Program-made: the position numbers and the translations under genes
The notes under the pieces: model-generated
Told to the model about the DNA's origin: nothing
Seen by the model: only the letters and a program-made list of their open reading frames with translations
Database searches by the model: none
In this document: one piece after another, positions 1-10,014 of the stretch
Numbering within the stretch: the stretch's first letter is position 1
Layout of the letters: each line of letters begins with the position of its first letter
Assembly: GCA_964455935.1 (NCBI GenBank)
Contig: CAYVZU010000009.1
Span: 1-62,470 of the forward strand
Source of the DNA: an uncultured Fibrobacterota bacterium
GTDB taxonomy: Bacteria > Fibrobacterota > CAYVZU01
DNA length: 62,470 bases
Reading direction: 5' to 3'

Positions 1-53
1 GAGCAGAATTGCGCCTTTTCAGGATTTTCTCAAACCAAACTGTAGAAGATGAG

Positions 54-233
54 TTTCAGTGCTTTTTGCAAAGAGGCTACAATGGCCTCACGGTCATGCC
101 GGTCCTTTTTCGCCTGCTCCTCATTGTGGCAAACAATGTAGCGATGGTCAAACAAGGTTACTTCCTTGACCTTCAACGGAGACGGATCTTTGCTGCGCTT
201 CCTTTCGGGATGAATCACATGATAACGCCCTTT
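54..233 (-). pseudogene. IS1634-family transposase internal fragment
   Basis: Minus-strand frame reads GRYHVIHPERKRSKDPSPLKVKEVTLFDHRYIVCHNEEQAKKDRHDREAIVASL, which resembles an internal segment of IS1634-type transposases. No proper start and an early stop, so a remnant. Confidence 0.75.
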
Positions 234-277
234 CCCTCTCCTGAATTAGTGCCCACAACATCTCATAGGCAATTCGG

Positions 278-2437
278 CTATCGGACCACGTCGATTTTAG
301 CGGTACAGCTTGATTTCCCAGCTTTCAACCGGCATACATAGACGCCGGTTGCCTTGCCCGCAGTATTAAAATCTATTGAATGTGGCCCAGCCGTAAAAAA
401 TTTACGTTCAATTACAGTTGCGGCCTTATTGCCTTGCACATCAAAGGCTTCTAATGTAACATATTCATGCTCCGGAAGTGAAAAGCGAATGGTTGTCACT
501 GGATTAATGGGGTTGGGTGTTGCCCGGAGAAACAATCGTTCTGTGGAGTGAATGGTGGTGGTAGTGGTTGATATCGCGGTATATTCCAAAGCACCGATTG
601 TCCAAATATCAGGTCGTATATTATTGTTGAAGTCATACGAAAATCCCTGCAATGTAACTCCTGCCCCGATAGTCGGACTAGTTGAGGTAGGGTAATAATA
701 AGAAAAGTCGAACGCATTTGCACCCCCAACAAAAAGTGGATCTGCAAATGTACTGTTTGCATCCCGCAATGTGGAATTCTTCCACCCGGCAAAATCATAT
801 TTGGCCGTATTTGGATATGAACCAGTCCAAAATGGAGTTGGGTTATTTGGATTATGGTAAACATTATTGTCAAGCGTCACATCGGCAGGCATTGAAGCTT
901 GATATAAAGAAAGCAAGGGCGAATCCACCCTTGAATTGTAGATTATATTATTTGCTATTTTAGTGCCTCCATAGCCAGGAATAGCTATGCCAACCCAATT
1001 CCCATAATCCGAAGCCTCTGCTGGCATTATAATTGTGTTGTTCGCAAACATAAAATTGCGCATAGCTGGTCCGGCTGCTTGACCGTAGTGAGACCAACCA
1101 CTCCTACAACCAATAATAATATTATTGTAGATTCTATGATCCATTGATTGAGCCACTGGATTTGTGGCTATTTCATCGCCAGTCATTATGCCCTCCGGCG
1201 TCATCCGCTTATATATTGATTGCAAAGTGGAACCCACTGGAACGTGCAGAACATCTATGACATCTTCATATCGGATCGGGTGATTGTATAGCAAATTGCG
1301 CCGAACTGTTTGTGCGGGCTGATTATCCAAATACATATTAACGCTCCAATTATCATAGCTGATATTATCTTCAATGATAGCATTGCCTGTACCTCCCATA
1401 GACCCAATCCCCTCGCCGCCATTATCGTGCACAACATTACCGCTGACCTTTGCATAGCCACCAAAAGTAAAACCATTCGGCCAACCGCCGGTACTGCCCC
1501 AATGTAAGCCACGCGGCCAATTCAACATTACATTCCCGTAGACATGGTTTTTATATAGTTCATCGTACGGCCCTTCAGCCTTAAGACCGGCCTTACCAGA
1601 AAATTTAAAGGTATTTTTTTCAAGTCTAACATGGCTGCCGTTAGCCCAGATCCCATACGAACCAGCCCCACGGACCGTTAAGCCATACACGGTAAGGTAG
1701 TTATTATTTATTGCATAAATACCATATTCAACATTGTCCACATCCGTTTTTATCACAATAATATCATGCAAAAGCGGATCCTCCCCATTGGTATGGACGT
1801 ACAGCTTTTTTGCAGTCCCATCATAATACCATTGGCCAAACATGTTTACCTCCGCCAAACTATAAACAGCTCGACCGGCTCTGTAATTATCATCCATAAT
1901 TACCGCCGCAGGTGAAACATGCGTTGTGCCACCCAAAAGAAAATCGCAAGGAGTTTCATATATTTGGCCATTGCTCACGCTTTTTGTCCAAACCAACTGA
2001 TGTGTTGAAGATGCATCAACAATAACTTCTCCATTGCCGAACGGACCAATCGTAAGCCGGTGTGCTTCATTGAAAGTTCCTGCCGGATTTCCAAAGCTGA
2101 TTTTTTCTCGATATATACCAGCTTTTATTTTAAAGGTGTTTCCAGCCTTATTGCGACCCCCATATCTGTCCGTTGCCTTTCCAATTGTTTTATACGGACC
2201 ATTGCTGCCGCTGGTGTAAGCAGGTGAAAGACCATTCCAAGCATCATTACCATTAGCAATATCGATATAATAGGTCTTGCAGTCTGGAATATTCGCAGTA
2301 TCACAATCAGGTATACTTAAGGTCGCCTTTTCACTCTCGTCATAATACCTGCCAGCATGGGCAAAACTCGGCAGCATGAAAAACATCGTAAGGAAAATAT
2401 GGGCAATTTGCCTGCCGCCGGTTTTTAAAAGCACCAT
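278..2437 (-). CDS. Secreted right-handed parallel beta-helix protein (pectate-lyase-like fold) with T9SS/FlgD-type C-terminal domain
   Basis: 719 aa. Signal peptide ending AHA, YYIDIANGND...GPYKTIGKA motif, many Asn-rich beta-helix repeats (IYNNIII, FANNTI, IANNII), Thr linker, then a tail PNPINPVTTIRFSL...AFDVQG...GVYVCRL. Confidence 0.8.
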   Translation of the reverse strand: MVLLKTGGRQIAHIFLTMFFMLPSFAHAGRYYDESEKATLSIPDCDTANIPDCKTYYIDIANGNDAWNGLSPAYTSGSNGPYKTIGKATDRYGGRNKAGNTFKIKAGIYREKISFGNPAGTFNEAHRLTIGPFGNGEVIVDASSTHQLVWTKSVSNGQIYETPCDFLLGGTTHVSPAAVIMDDNYRAGRAVYSLAEVNMFGQWYYDGTAKKLYVHTNGEDPLLHDIIVIKTDVDNVEYGIYAINNNYLTVYGLTVRGAGSYGIWANGSHVRLEKNTFKFSGKAGLKAEGPYDELYKNHVYGNVMLNWPRGLHWGSTGGWPNGFTFGGYAKVSGNVVHDNGGEGIGSMGGTGNAIIEDNISYDNWSVNMYLDNQPAQTVRRNLLYNHPIRYEDVIDVLHVPVGSTLQSIYKRMTPEGIMTGDEIATNPVAQSMDHRIYNNIIIGCRSGWSHYGQAAGPAMRNFMFANNTIIMPAEASDYGNWVGIAIPGYGGTKIANNIIYNSRVDSPLLSLYQASMPADVTLDNNVYHNPNNPTPFWTGSYPNTAKYDFAGWKNSTLRDANSTFADPLFVGGANAFDFSYYYPTSTSPTIGAGVTLQGFSYDFNNNIRPDIWTIGALEYTAISTTTTTIHSTERLFLRATPNPINPVTTIRFSLPEHEYVTLEAFDVQGNKAATVIERKFFTAGPHSIDFNTAGKATGVYVCRLKAGKSSCTAKIDVVR

Positions 2438-2648
2438 ATAAACCCCAATACTATTGTTAGTAGTTATTCATTCTTATTTTTATTTGCAATTTGCCCTGCA
2501 TTACACATTCCCAAACATCTGTTCATACTCCCCGCTTTATTAAATAAATGAAATTTAGCTGAGGAGATAGGATCAATCCATATTCAAAGCAACGTTCTCC
2601 TTGGTTAATAATATCGGGTCAGGTAATATATTTGATCTGAGAAGTTCT

Positions 2649-4622
2649 TCACTTCATAATCATCATCCGGATCGCCTTCTGCTCTGTTGGCGTCTTCTCC
2701 ATCCGCAAGATATATATGCTGTGTGAGAGTTTTTGCCCCTTATCATCAACCCGCGGATCAAATATAAAGCGGTGAAAACCGGCCATCAATTGCCGGAAAG
2801 GTAAAAGGGTCCGGACTTTTTTGCCGGTTAAATCATAAATTGAAAGCTGCAGCGATGTCTGCCGGGGCAGCGTCAGCACAACCTCGCTTTGGGGACTCAA
2901 GAAGTTGGGCATATATTTCAGCATGAGCGCTCCACATAAAACGCATGGTCCCTCTTGTTGTATTCCGATTCCGGTGGGATTCAATTCATAGGCGCCCCAG
3001 GTATTAGCTCCACTTAAAGGCCTTCCGCGGCTTAAATAATCATGGTCCGGCACAACCACGGACGCCAGAACAACCGCTCCCGGCAGAAGCTGCGGCTGCA
3101 GGGCCACGCTGCCCGGACTTGGAATTACATTGTAGTTGTCGCCCGAAAGCGGGCCAGTGAAATTCGGGTTTGTGTTTATTACATTATTTGAAGCATTGGC
3201 CTCGTTGGTTTTTGCATTATAGACAATACTGTTTTTGTTATCTATGGCAACCAAGCCGCAAGCGCCGCTTCCGTTACCATCCGCACCGGCCGCATAGTAG
3301 AAAGCGGATTTCTCGGTGTTCCCGCTGGTAAAGTCCCAGTCAGCATAGAAAATATTGTTGCGGGAAACAAGTTGTTCCGTTCCGTTGCAGCTATTGCCGC
3401 CCCCGGTCATGATAATCACATCGCCGGAACTATAAACCGTTGAATTCACAATAGTCACCTTTCTGCCAGCAGCATAATTGAGGGAAACGGCATTCCCCAT
3501 GGCCCTGCAGTTATTGAAATCCCCCCCCGCCGTCTCGGTTATCGGCTTCCCATTGAAGTAATTACAGTTTCCCACAATAACACAATTTTCGATGAAAGCA
3601 TCTGCAGCCGTCTTCACCTGATTGCCGGCATTACCTTCAAACCTGCTTCTCTTTATTGTAATAGTTCCATTGCCGCTATGATACAGCAGATCCAACCCGT
3701 CGGAGGTATTATGAGAAATATTGCAATCCTCAAATATCCAATTTCCTCCTGTAGAGGCGGTGCCAATGCCATCGCCGTAACCCCCCTGGTCCTGGCTGAA
3801 GCATCCCCCAATTCCTTTTTCCGGATAAGTCTCTCCGCAACCATTAAATTCTATGGTGACTCTTCTGAAGATCATGTTTCCTGAATCTGATGATACGCCG
3901 GCACCAACGTCACCATCCCAACCTACAAAGCCGTTTCCGCGTATAGTAACATCCTCAAGCGTCCAGTTTGAGACTCCGCCAACATGAAAACCGGCGTTGG
4001 AAAAGCCATGGACATCGACATCCTTGATGAATACGTTGTTTCCACTTGTTGCCACAATCCCTATGTCCCCGAAGTCGCCATGAGGATATGTACTTCTGTT
4101 ACATCCATGTGACGGGGAATTATAGATACACGAACTGTGGTCGGTAATATCAAGCCACCGGAGCTCAATGTTGCTGCCACCAAGAGTAAAAACCTGCCAT
4201 GGTCTTTCGCTGGCCCATAATTCCGGCTTTGCTCCAGTTCGGGTGTCCCATCCCTTGCCGCATATTACCGTAGGCTTCGATGCGCTCGGGCCGGCCGGAA
4301 TAGCTGCGGCAACACAGTCCCACGTCCACGCTGAATTGCAACCCGCAGCACCAGGTGCGCCGTATCCCATTTTATAGGATCCGGCGGCAATTATGAGAGT
4401 ATCACCACCTTGCATCAGTGCGGTTCCCGTGGGGGCCAATACCCAAAAAGGGTGATTGAATGCCGCATTCTGATTGGTGCCGCTCCCGGAGTAGGCTGCA
4501 TCGGCCCTTCCATTACACTGTGTGCCTGTACCGCCGTCTGTTCGAACATAATAGGTGGCCGATATTGCTTCCTGATTCCGTATTAGAGCTGCAAGTAGAG
4601 CACAAAGGATAATCCTCTTCAT
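2649..4622 (-). CDS. Secreted right-handed beta-helix protein with T9SS/FlgD-type C-terminal domain
   Basis: 657 aa. Signal peptide, ATYYVRTDGG start, Cys-rich beta-helix repeats (HNTSDGLDL, FEGNAGNQVK), tail YMPNF...LSIYDLTGKKVRTL...IYILRM. RBS aggggg upstream. Confidence 0.8.
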   Translation of the reverse strand: MKRIILCALLAALIRNQEAISATYYVRTDGGTGTQCNGRADAAYSGSGTNQNAAFNHPFWVLAPTGTALMQGGDTLIIAAGSYKMGYGAPGAAGCNSAWTWDCVAAAIPAGPSASKPTVICGKGWDTRTGAKPELWASERPWQVFTLGGSNIELRWLDITDHSSCIYNSPSHGCNRSTYPHGDFGDIGIVATSGNNVFIKDVDVHGFSNAGFHVGGVSNWTLEDVTIRGNGFVGWDGDVGAGVSSDSGNMIFRRVTIEFNGCGETYPEKGIGGCFSQDQGGYGDGIGTASTGGNWIFEDCNISHNTSDGLDLLYHSGNGTITIKRSRFEGNAGNQVKTAADAFIENCVIVGNCNYFNGKPITETAGGDFNNCRAMGNAVSLNYAAGRKVTIVNSTVYSSGDVIIMTGGGNSCNGTEQLVSRNNIFYADWDFTSGNTEKSAFYYAAGADGNGSGACGLVAIDNKNSIVYNAKTNEANASNNVINTNPNFTGPLSGDNYNVIPSPGSVALQPQLLPGAVVLASVVVPDHDYLSRGRPLSGANTWGAYELNPTGIGIQQEGPCVLCGALMLKYMPNFLSPQSEVVLTLPRQTSLQLSIYDLTGKKVRTLLPFRQLMAGFHRFIFDPRVDDKGQKLSHSIYILRMEKTPTEQKAIRMMIMK

Positions 4623-4661
4623 AGTTGCTCCCCCTGGATGGTTATGGTCACTATCTATGCT

Positions 4662-5459
4662 CAGTTGTATCAGGTTAAAGTATGGGAAAAAGAGGGGCTA
4701 CGGACCTATTTTCTGTCGGTGTATGTGAAGCAAACGACGGAAAAAGGAGGTAGCCCTGCTGAGAAATACTGTTTTCGGCCAGATAATGCAACTCCTTTGG
4801 CAACGGGAGTTGCCAAAGGACAGCATTCTGACTATCGACCTGGCTACATTGTTTTCGGATGGCTCTTTTCTCTGCAATCGCAAGGGGTCACCTTCATTAT
4901 TCGAGCCAAGAGCAACCTGGCCTGCAAAATTCTCGGACAGCATAAAAAACCGAACACGAAGCGAGATATTATCAGTGATCAACTCATTGAATTTACAAAC
5001 CATTACGAAAGCAAAGCGTACCCGGAAACTCTTCGACTAATCCGATACCGGTACACGGACAAGAATGGCAACGAAAAGGAAATCGCGGTCCTGACAAATA
5101 ACATGACCCTGGCGGCCTCCACCATTGCGGCTTTATACAAGGGACGTTGGGAAATTGAGACCTTCTTTCGTTGGATCAAACAAAACTTGCGGATCAAGTC
5201 CTTCATCGGCACAAGCCAGAATGCCGTGATGACGCAGGTCTGGGTTGCCATGATCCTTTACCTGCTGCTTTCCTTTATCAAGTTCCAGACGCGATTCACT
5301 GCTCCGATGTCGGAATTATTGCGAATCATCCGAGAAATCCTCCTGGATACCAGGAGCCTGATCGAATACTTACGGCTGAACTGGGCTCAGTTCATCAAAA
5401 TACGGGAAGGTCCCGTTCAATTATCCTTGGTATGAGACACTTTCAACCGGACACGACTG
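4662..5459 (+). mobile_element. Internally deleted IS4-family insertion sequence (about 800 bp) with both terminal inverted repeats
   Basis: Left end CAGTTGTATCAGGTTAAA (4662) matches the reverse complement of the right end, CAGTCGTGTCCGGTTGAA (ends 5459). It encloses the C-terminal part of a DDE transposase. Confidence 0.8.
4786..5435 (+). pseudogene. IS4-family DDE transposase, N-terminally deleted and frameshifted
   Basis: Contains the IS4 signature YKGRWEIETFFRWIKQNL. The upstream LPKDSILTID and GYIVFGW segments are in different frames (1-bp loss near 4840 at the D-x-G-Y motif), and the N-terminal half is missing. Confidence 0.85.
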
Positions 5460-5525
5460 AAGCAGAACGGCTGTTTATTTTTATGTGGTTTTGCAAAAAT
5501 GAATCAAAGTAATTTGAGTAACACT

Positions 5526-6569
5526 ATGTTCAACCTTTCCGACCATCCTCATCGCCGGTTCAACCCGCTAACCCGTACCTGGGTCCTCTGCTCGCCCCAT
5601 CGAGCCAAACGGCCGTGGCAGGGACAGGTGGAGAAACCGGCGGACGAGAGACGACCGGCCCACGACCCCGGATGCTACTTATGCCCGCGCAATGAGCGCG
5701 CGGGGGGCGTACGGAATCCCGACTACCGGGACACCTTTGTTTTCGACAATGACTTTTCCGCGCTTCTGCCCGATTCGCCCGACGGCGAGCAGAACTGCGG
5801 CGATCTGCTGGTTGCCCAAAGCGACCCGGGCTTGTGCCGCGTAATCTGCTTCTCGCCACGGCACGATCTGACACTGGCCCGGATGGAGACTCCCGAAGTT
5901 CAGAAAATCGTCAATGTATGGTGCAATCAATACCAGGAATTCGCCCGAATGAAATGCGTGCGCCACGTCCAGATTTTCGAAAACAAGGGCGCCATGATGG
6001 GCTGCAGCAATCCCCACCCGCACGGGCAGATCTGGGCCAGTCAGCGCATTCCCGAAGAGCCGGCCAAGGAACTGGCCTCGATGGGCGACTGGTTCAAGAG
6101 AAAACGGCGGTGTCTTCTTTGCGACTATGCGGAAGTGGAGCGGCACGAACGGGTGCGGACCGTTTGCGAAAACAATACCTTTGTGGCCCTGGTGCCATTC
6201 TGGGCTGTCTGGCCTTTCGAAACCATTGTTCTTCCCAAAGCGCATCATTTATCCATCGACCAGCTTGCGGACCACGAAAAAAAAGATTTGGCCGCCATGA
6301 TTCGCAGCGTGACCTGCCGGTACGACAACCTGTTCGAAACCAGTTTTCCTTACTCCATGGGAATTCACCAAGCCCCTGTTGACAAATCGTATTACGGATT
6401 CTATCACCTTCACCTTCATTTCTACCCTCCCCTGCTGCGCTCGGCCACGGTAAAGAAATTCATGGTCGGCTACGAGATGCTGGGCGAACCCCAGCGCGAC
6501 ATTACGGCCGAACAAAGCGCCGAACGCCTGCGGGCGTTGAGCGAAGTTCATTACACAAACGCAAGATAG
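5526..6569 (+). CDS. galT: UDP-glucose--hexose-1-phosphate uridylyltransferase
   Basis: [18 protein letters not shown], catalytic [27 protein letters not shown]. The ORF could start at 5499, but ATG 5526 fits homolog length. Confidence 0.97.
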   Translation: MFNLSDHPHRRFNPLTRTWVLCSPHRAKRPWQGQVEKPADERRPAHDPGCYLCPRNERAGGVRNPDYRDTFVFDNDFSALLPDSPDGEQNCGDLLVAQSDPGLCRVICFSPRHDLTLARMETPEVQKIVNVWCNQYQEFARMKCVRHVQIFENKGAMMGCSNPHPHGQIWASQRIPEEPAKELASMGDWFKRKRRCLLCDYAEVERHERVRTVCENNTFVALVPFWAVWPFETIVLPKAHHLSIDQLADHEKKDLAAMIRSVTCRYDNLFETSFPYSMGIHQAPVDKSYYGFYHLHLHFYPPLLRSATVKKFMVGYEMLGEPQRDITAEQSAERLRALSEVHYTNAR

Positions 6570-6619
6570 CCGCTTCTCGCCGTGGTTTCTGCATCTGCCT
6601 AGCCGGCACGGGAGCCGGC

Positions 6620-6990
6620 TTACGGAACTGCGATTTCGGCGCCCAGCGCCTTCTCCCGGAAAATCTCCTCCGCTGTTTTCAATGGAACGCCCCGGACCTC
6701 GATGGCCTCAAGGTCGGCCGCGCCAGGCCCAGTTTCTGCGCCAGCTGGATGTGATCCACCCGGTCAAAGCCCAGCAGGTGCGCCCCCATTGCGTCACAAG
6801 CAACGAAATCGGCGCTGGCCAAAACAAGGTCCGATTCGAAGGTGGTCCCGCCGATGGGTCGCGGTCGATCATGGGGCGATGTTCTTCATCGTGAGAGTTG
6901 CCGTGAGGACCCCTGAACCTTGTGCTGTGCCAGGCCGCCGGCAAAGGCTGATTTTGGCGCTTGAGTTGCGGACGGCCGGCCCGCGGATGG
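6620..6990 (-). pseudogene. Degenerate DUF362-family gene remnant
   Basis: Minus-strand pieces in different frames: ...TATLTMKNIA, PIGGTTFESDLVLASADFVACDAMGAHLLGFDRVDHIQLAQKLGL and (G)AADLEAIEVRG...IAVP*. These resemble DUF362 motifs. There is a 1-bp frameshift near 6723. Confidence 0.55.
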
Positions 6991-7003
6991 ATTTTCTACC
7001 TTG

Positions 7004-7921
7004 ATGCTCAAACGAATTAAAAACGATCTCATTTATCTTTTTGTCCTGGCCTTTGTTGCTCTGGTCCGGCAAATGCCGCGGCGGGTCGCCATGACATTCC
7101 TGGCCGGGATGGCGCGGGCGGCGTTTCATCTGGCCGGCTCGGAGCGAAGAAAAACCGAGCGCAACCTTCGGTTCATTTTTACGGATCAGTGGCCGGAGAC
7201 AAAGGTCCGCGCGACAGCCGCGGCCGTATTCGAGAATCTGGGCCGCAACCTGACCGATGTGATTTTGTTCCGGCATTTAGGTCCGGAGCGGTTCTTTACG
7301 AAATACTCGGTTTGCCACGGGTGGGAGAACTTCGTGGAGCCTCACGGCCGCGGCAAAGGCGTTGTGTGTCTTGCCTCGCACCGCGGCGCTTTTGAGTTGC
7401 TCCACCATTATATGGCCTGGCTGGGGTACCCGATTTGCGTGACCGGCAGTCCAATCTATGATCCGCGTCTGAATCGACTAATCGTCGAGAACCGCATCGG
7501 CCAAAGGATCCATTACGTGGAGCGCGGCAGCGCATCGGCCCGGGAGATCCTGCGATTTCTGCGCGAAGGCAATTTGTTTGGGGTTCTTCTGGACCAGGAT
7601 ACCAGGGTCGATGGAGTCTTTGCACCTTTTCTTGGCAAGCCTGCCTTCACGCCATCCACACCCGTTCGATTGGCGATGAAAACGGGCGCCGCCATCGTGC
7701 CCTTTGCCATCGAACTGACGCCGGAGCGCAAACAGATGATTACAATCGAACCGGAAATAGAACTGGCAAATACCGGAGACTTCGAACGGGATCTTCTTGA
7801 GAATGTCTCCCGCTGCAATAACGTGATTTCCCGCTGGATTCTGGCCCGGCCCGAGCAATGGGTGTGGATGCACGAGAGGTGGAAAACAAAAGAGACTGGA
7901 GTTGGGAGTCGGGAGTTGTGA
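7004..7921 (+). CDS. lpxL: Lipid A late acyltransferase (LpxL/HtrB family)
   Basis: N-terminal membrane helix, SHRGAFE (HxxxxE), LLDQD, C-terminal RPEQWVWMHERWK. Confidence 0.88.
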   Translation: MLKRIKNDLIYLFVLAFVALVRQMPRRVAMTFLAGMARAAFHLAGSERRKTERNLRFIFTDQWPETKVRATAAAVFENLGRNLTDVILFRHLGPERFFTKYSVCHGWENFVEPHGRGKGVVCLASHRGAFELLHHYMAWLGYPICVTGSPIYDPRLNRLIVENRIGQRIHYVERGSASAREILRFLREGNLFGVLLDQDTRVDGVFAPFLGKPAFTPSTPVRLAMKTGAAIVPFAIELTPERKQMITIEPEIELANTGDFERDLLENVSRCNNVISRWILARPEQWVWMHERWKTKETGVGSREL

Positions 7922-7997
7922 GTTGGGGGAAAAAAGAGTCGGAGTCGGGAGACTGGAGTTGCGAGATAAAAAAAAACCTAAACTACTCAGGTTCTGA

Positions 7998-8072
7998 TGT
8001 CATTTCGAGCGAAGCGAGAAATCTTTCTGCGTTCTGGAAAGGATTTCTCCTCGAAGACTCGTCGAAATGACA
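7998..8072. repeat. Palindromic REP/RPE-like element, copy 1
   Basis: TGTCATTTCGAGCGAAGCGAGAAATC...GATTTCTCCTCGAAGACTCGTCGAAATGACA. Near-identical copies at 23038 and 44432. Confidence 0.9.
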
Positions 8073-8097
8073 TCCCTAAAAAATCCCGCCTCCCTAC

Positions 8098-9846
8098 TCA
8101 TTTCTCGAACTCCAGCGTAATCCCTTCGAATTCCCATCGTGCCCGGAGGGTGAGCGTATCGGGAATCACGGTCTGAAGCTCGGAAAAGACAAACGGTTTC
8201 AGGGCGCCCGGATCGTATCGGCCGTTGCGGTTCTGGTCTTTGAATGCAAAAACCTGGTAGCGGCCCGCAGGGAGACCGGCGATTTGAATTGAATCGCTGT
8301 TGAAGACGAATTCCAGTTTCCGTTGCGTGTCCAGCTGACTCCAAACCACCACCGTGGGCGAAGGATCCTCCGATAGGATACGGCCCGTGATGCCCTTGGT
8401 CAGATCCTCCTCACCGAGAATCGAGAAGCGCTGGGTCATGGTATCGCGCAGCATATTGCGTTCAAGATCCGAGATCGCGTAGGGCTGAAGCTGCAACACG
8501 TAGGATCTTCCGGGCTGGACGGAATCCAAGTTGGCAATCGCGCGCATCAAGCCCTTGGCCCGCACCCGAACCGGAAGTTGAATCCGGCTGGAATCAAGAA
8601 CCCGGAACCGCGTTGGATGCACCAGAACAGGCTTGCTGAAGACCAGTTCCAGGCTGTCGCCCGGCATCAGGATTCCCCTGGGCGGTTCCGTGCGCGCGAT
8701 GCGCGGAGGCAATGTATCACGTTGGGCAACCGGGGTAAAGACCGCCGTATCGCGGCTTGGACGCCGGCCCATTGCATCGACAAACCCGATTGACTGAATG
8801 CGATAAAGCGGCCGTTTTTGCGGGGCCGTCTTAAAAACCCATTCCGAATCCAAATCGGCCAGTCCGGAATGCAGAACACCCAGCGTGTCGCGCAAGCTGT
8901 CGCCGGAAATAATCCGGACCAGGTCTGTCCCTTTTCCCCCGGCCGAGCGAACGGGTCTGTTGAATTGAAGCCGCACCAGATCGGCCCCCAAAGACCGGGC
9001 CGACACAAGAGCGAAACCAAGCGTATCCATTCGGGCCAGACTCAGCAGAGGGCCTGCCATTGAATCGTTTCCCGCCGCATAATCGCAGGACGCCAACGCA
9101 ATACGCTCCCGGGCAACATCGGGCAACTTGTTTCCGTTTTCATCCTCAAAGGCCAGAATGCGGTAGCGACCCGGGTTCAAAAAGGAGAATTGAAAACGGC
9201 CGTCTTCCGCGGTGGTTGTGATGTAGTCCGCTCTTTGCGAATCGGGCGCGAACGGGGAATCAGCGCCGCTCATCACATAGGCGCACACCAGCGGAGCCCG
9301 AACGGGACCAATGATGCGGCCCGCAATGATGCCGGCCGCCAACGAGTCACCCGTTGTAAAGGAATAAAGAATCGGAGTCCCGAGCTTAACCCCATGCAAA
9401 TCGCTTGTTGCTGAAGAAATGGTGATGGAATAGGTCGTGTTAAGGGCGAAACTCGAATCAAATGTGATGCTTACTTTGCGGCCCGACCAGCGAAAGTGAG
9501 GACGCCCCACATTCGGCGGATTGACCAGAAGTCCCTTCTCTAGACTTTGCCGGTTAAGCCATTCGCTCCAGGTGAAAGACAGGACCGATCCCGGCGGGAC
9601 TTTAATGGCCCTGTGAGAGGGCATAAACTGCTCAATCCGGGGCGGGATCTGGTCCGCGGGGCCGCCCATAGGGTGTCCCTGCTGAGCGCACCTAAAGAAA
9701 GCCGCGCACAATCCTGCCGCAAAAACAGCGCGTTTTGTCCAACCAAATGCCAGAAGGCCCTCCTGATTAGAAGAGAGCAAAATAACAGAGTCGCTCCAAC
9801 CGAAACAAACGTTGCTTTGTATGGCCTGTTCCCTCGACACCTCCAT
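8098..9846 (-). CDS. Ig-like (Big_5) domain lipoprotein of the FCB type
   Basis: Lipobox-like FFRC followed by AQQGHPMGGPADQIPP, two Big_5-like repeats and PGRYRILAFEDENGN / GRYQVFAFKDQNRNGRYD motifs. The true start is probably about 90 nt downstream of the ORF start. Confidence 0.75.
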   Translation of the reverse strand: MEVSREQAIQSNVCFGWSDSVILLSSNQEGLLAFGWTKRAVFAAGLCAAFFRCAQQGHPMGGPADQIPPRIEQFMPSHRAIKVPPGSVLSFTWSEWLNRQSLEKGLLVNPPNVGRPHFRWSGRKVSITFDSSFALNTTYSITISSATSDLHGVKLGTPILYSFTTGDSLAAGIIAGRIIGPVRAPLVCAYVMSGADSPFAPDSQRADYITTTAEDGRFQFSFLNPGRYRILAFEDENGNKLPDVARERIALASCDYAAGNDSMAGPLLSLARMDTLGFALVSARSLGADLVRLQFNRPVRSAGGKGTDLVRIISGDSLRDTLGVLHSGLADLDSEWVFKTAPQKRPLYRIQSIGFVDAMGRRPSRDTAVFTPVAQRDTLPPRIARTEPPRGILMPGDSLELVFSKPVLVHPTRFRVLDSSRIQLPVRVRAKGLMRAIANLDSVQPGRSYVLQLQPYAISDLERNMLRDTMTQRFSILGEEDLTKGITGRILSEDPSPTVVVWSQLDTQRKLEFVFNSDSIQIAGLPAGRYQVFAFKDQNRNGRYDPGALKPFVFSELQTVIPDTLTLRARWEFEGITLEFEK

Positions 9847-10014
9847 TGAAAAGCAGTGGGGACTGATTTTTCAAAATGAGAAGAGGAATCCATGCCATAA
9901 TTTACCTATTTTAAAGGGCGCAACAAAAGTTGTGCATTGCAGCTTGACATGAGCTATTGACGATATTACCTTTTCAATTCGGTCATTGTTAACCCCTTTA
10001 TAGGTGAGGTTGTT

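Noticed and set aside
4638-4785. N-terminal part of the 265-aa transposase ORF in the track
   Set aside because: It begins outside the IS left repeat and reads through non-coding IS sequence, so it is an artefact of the deletion and frameshift.
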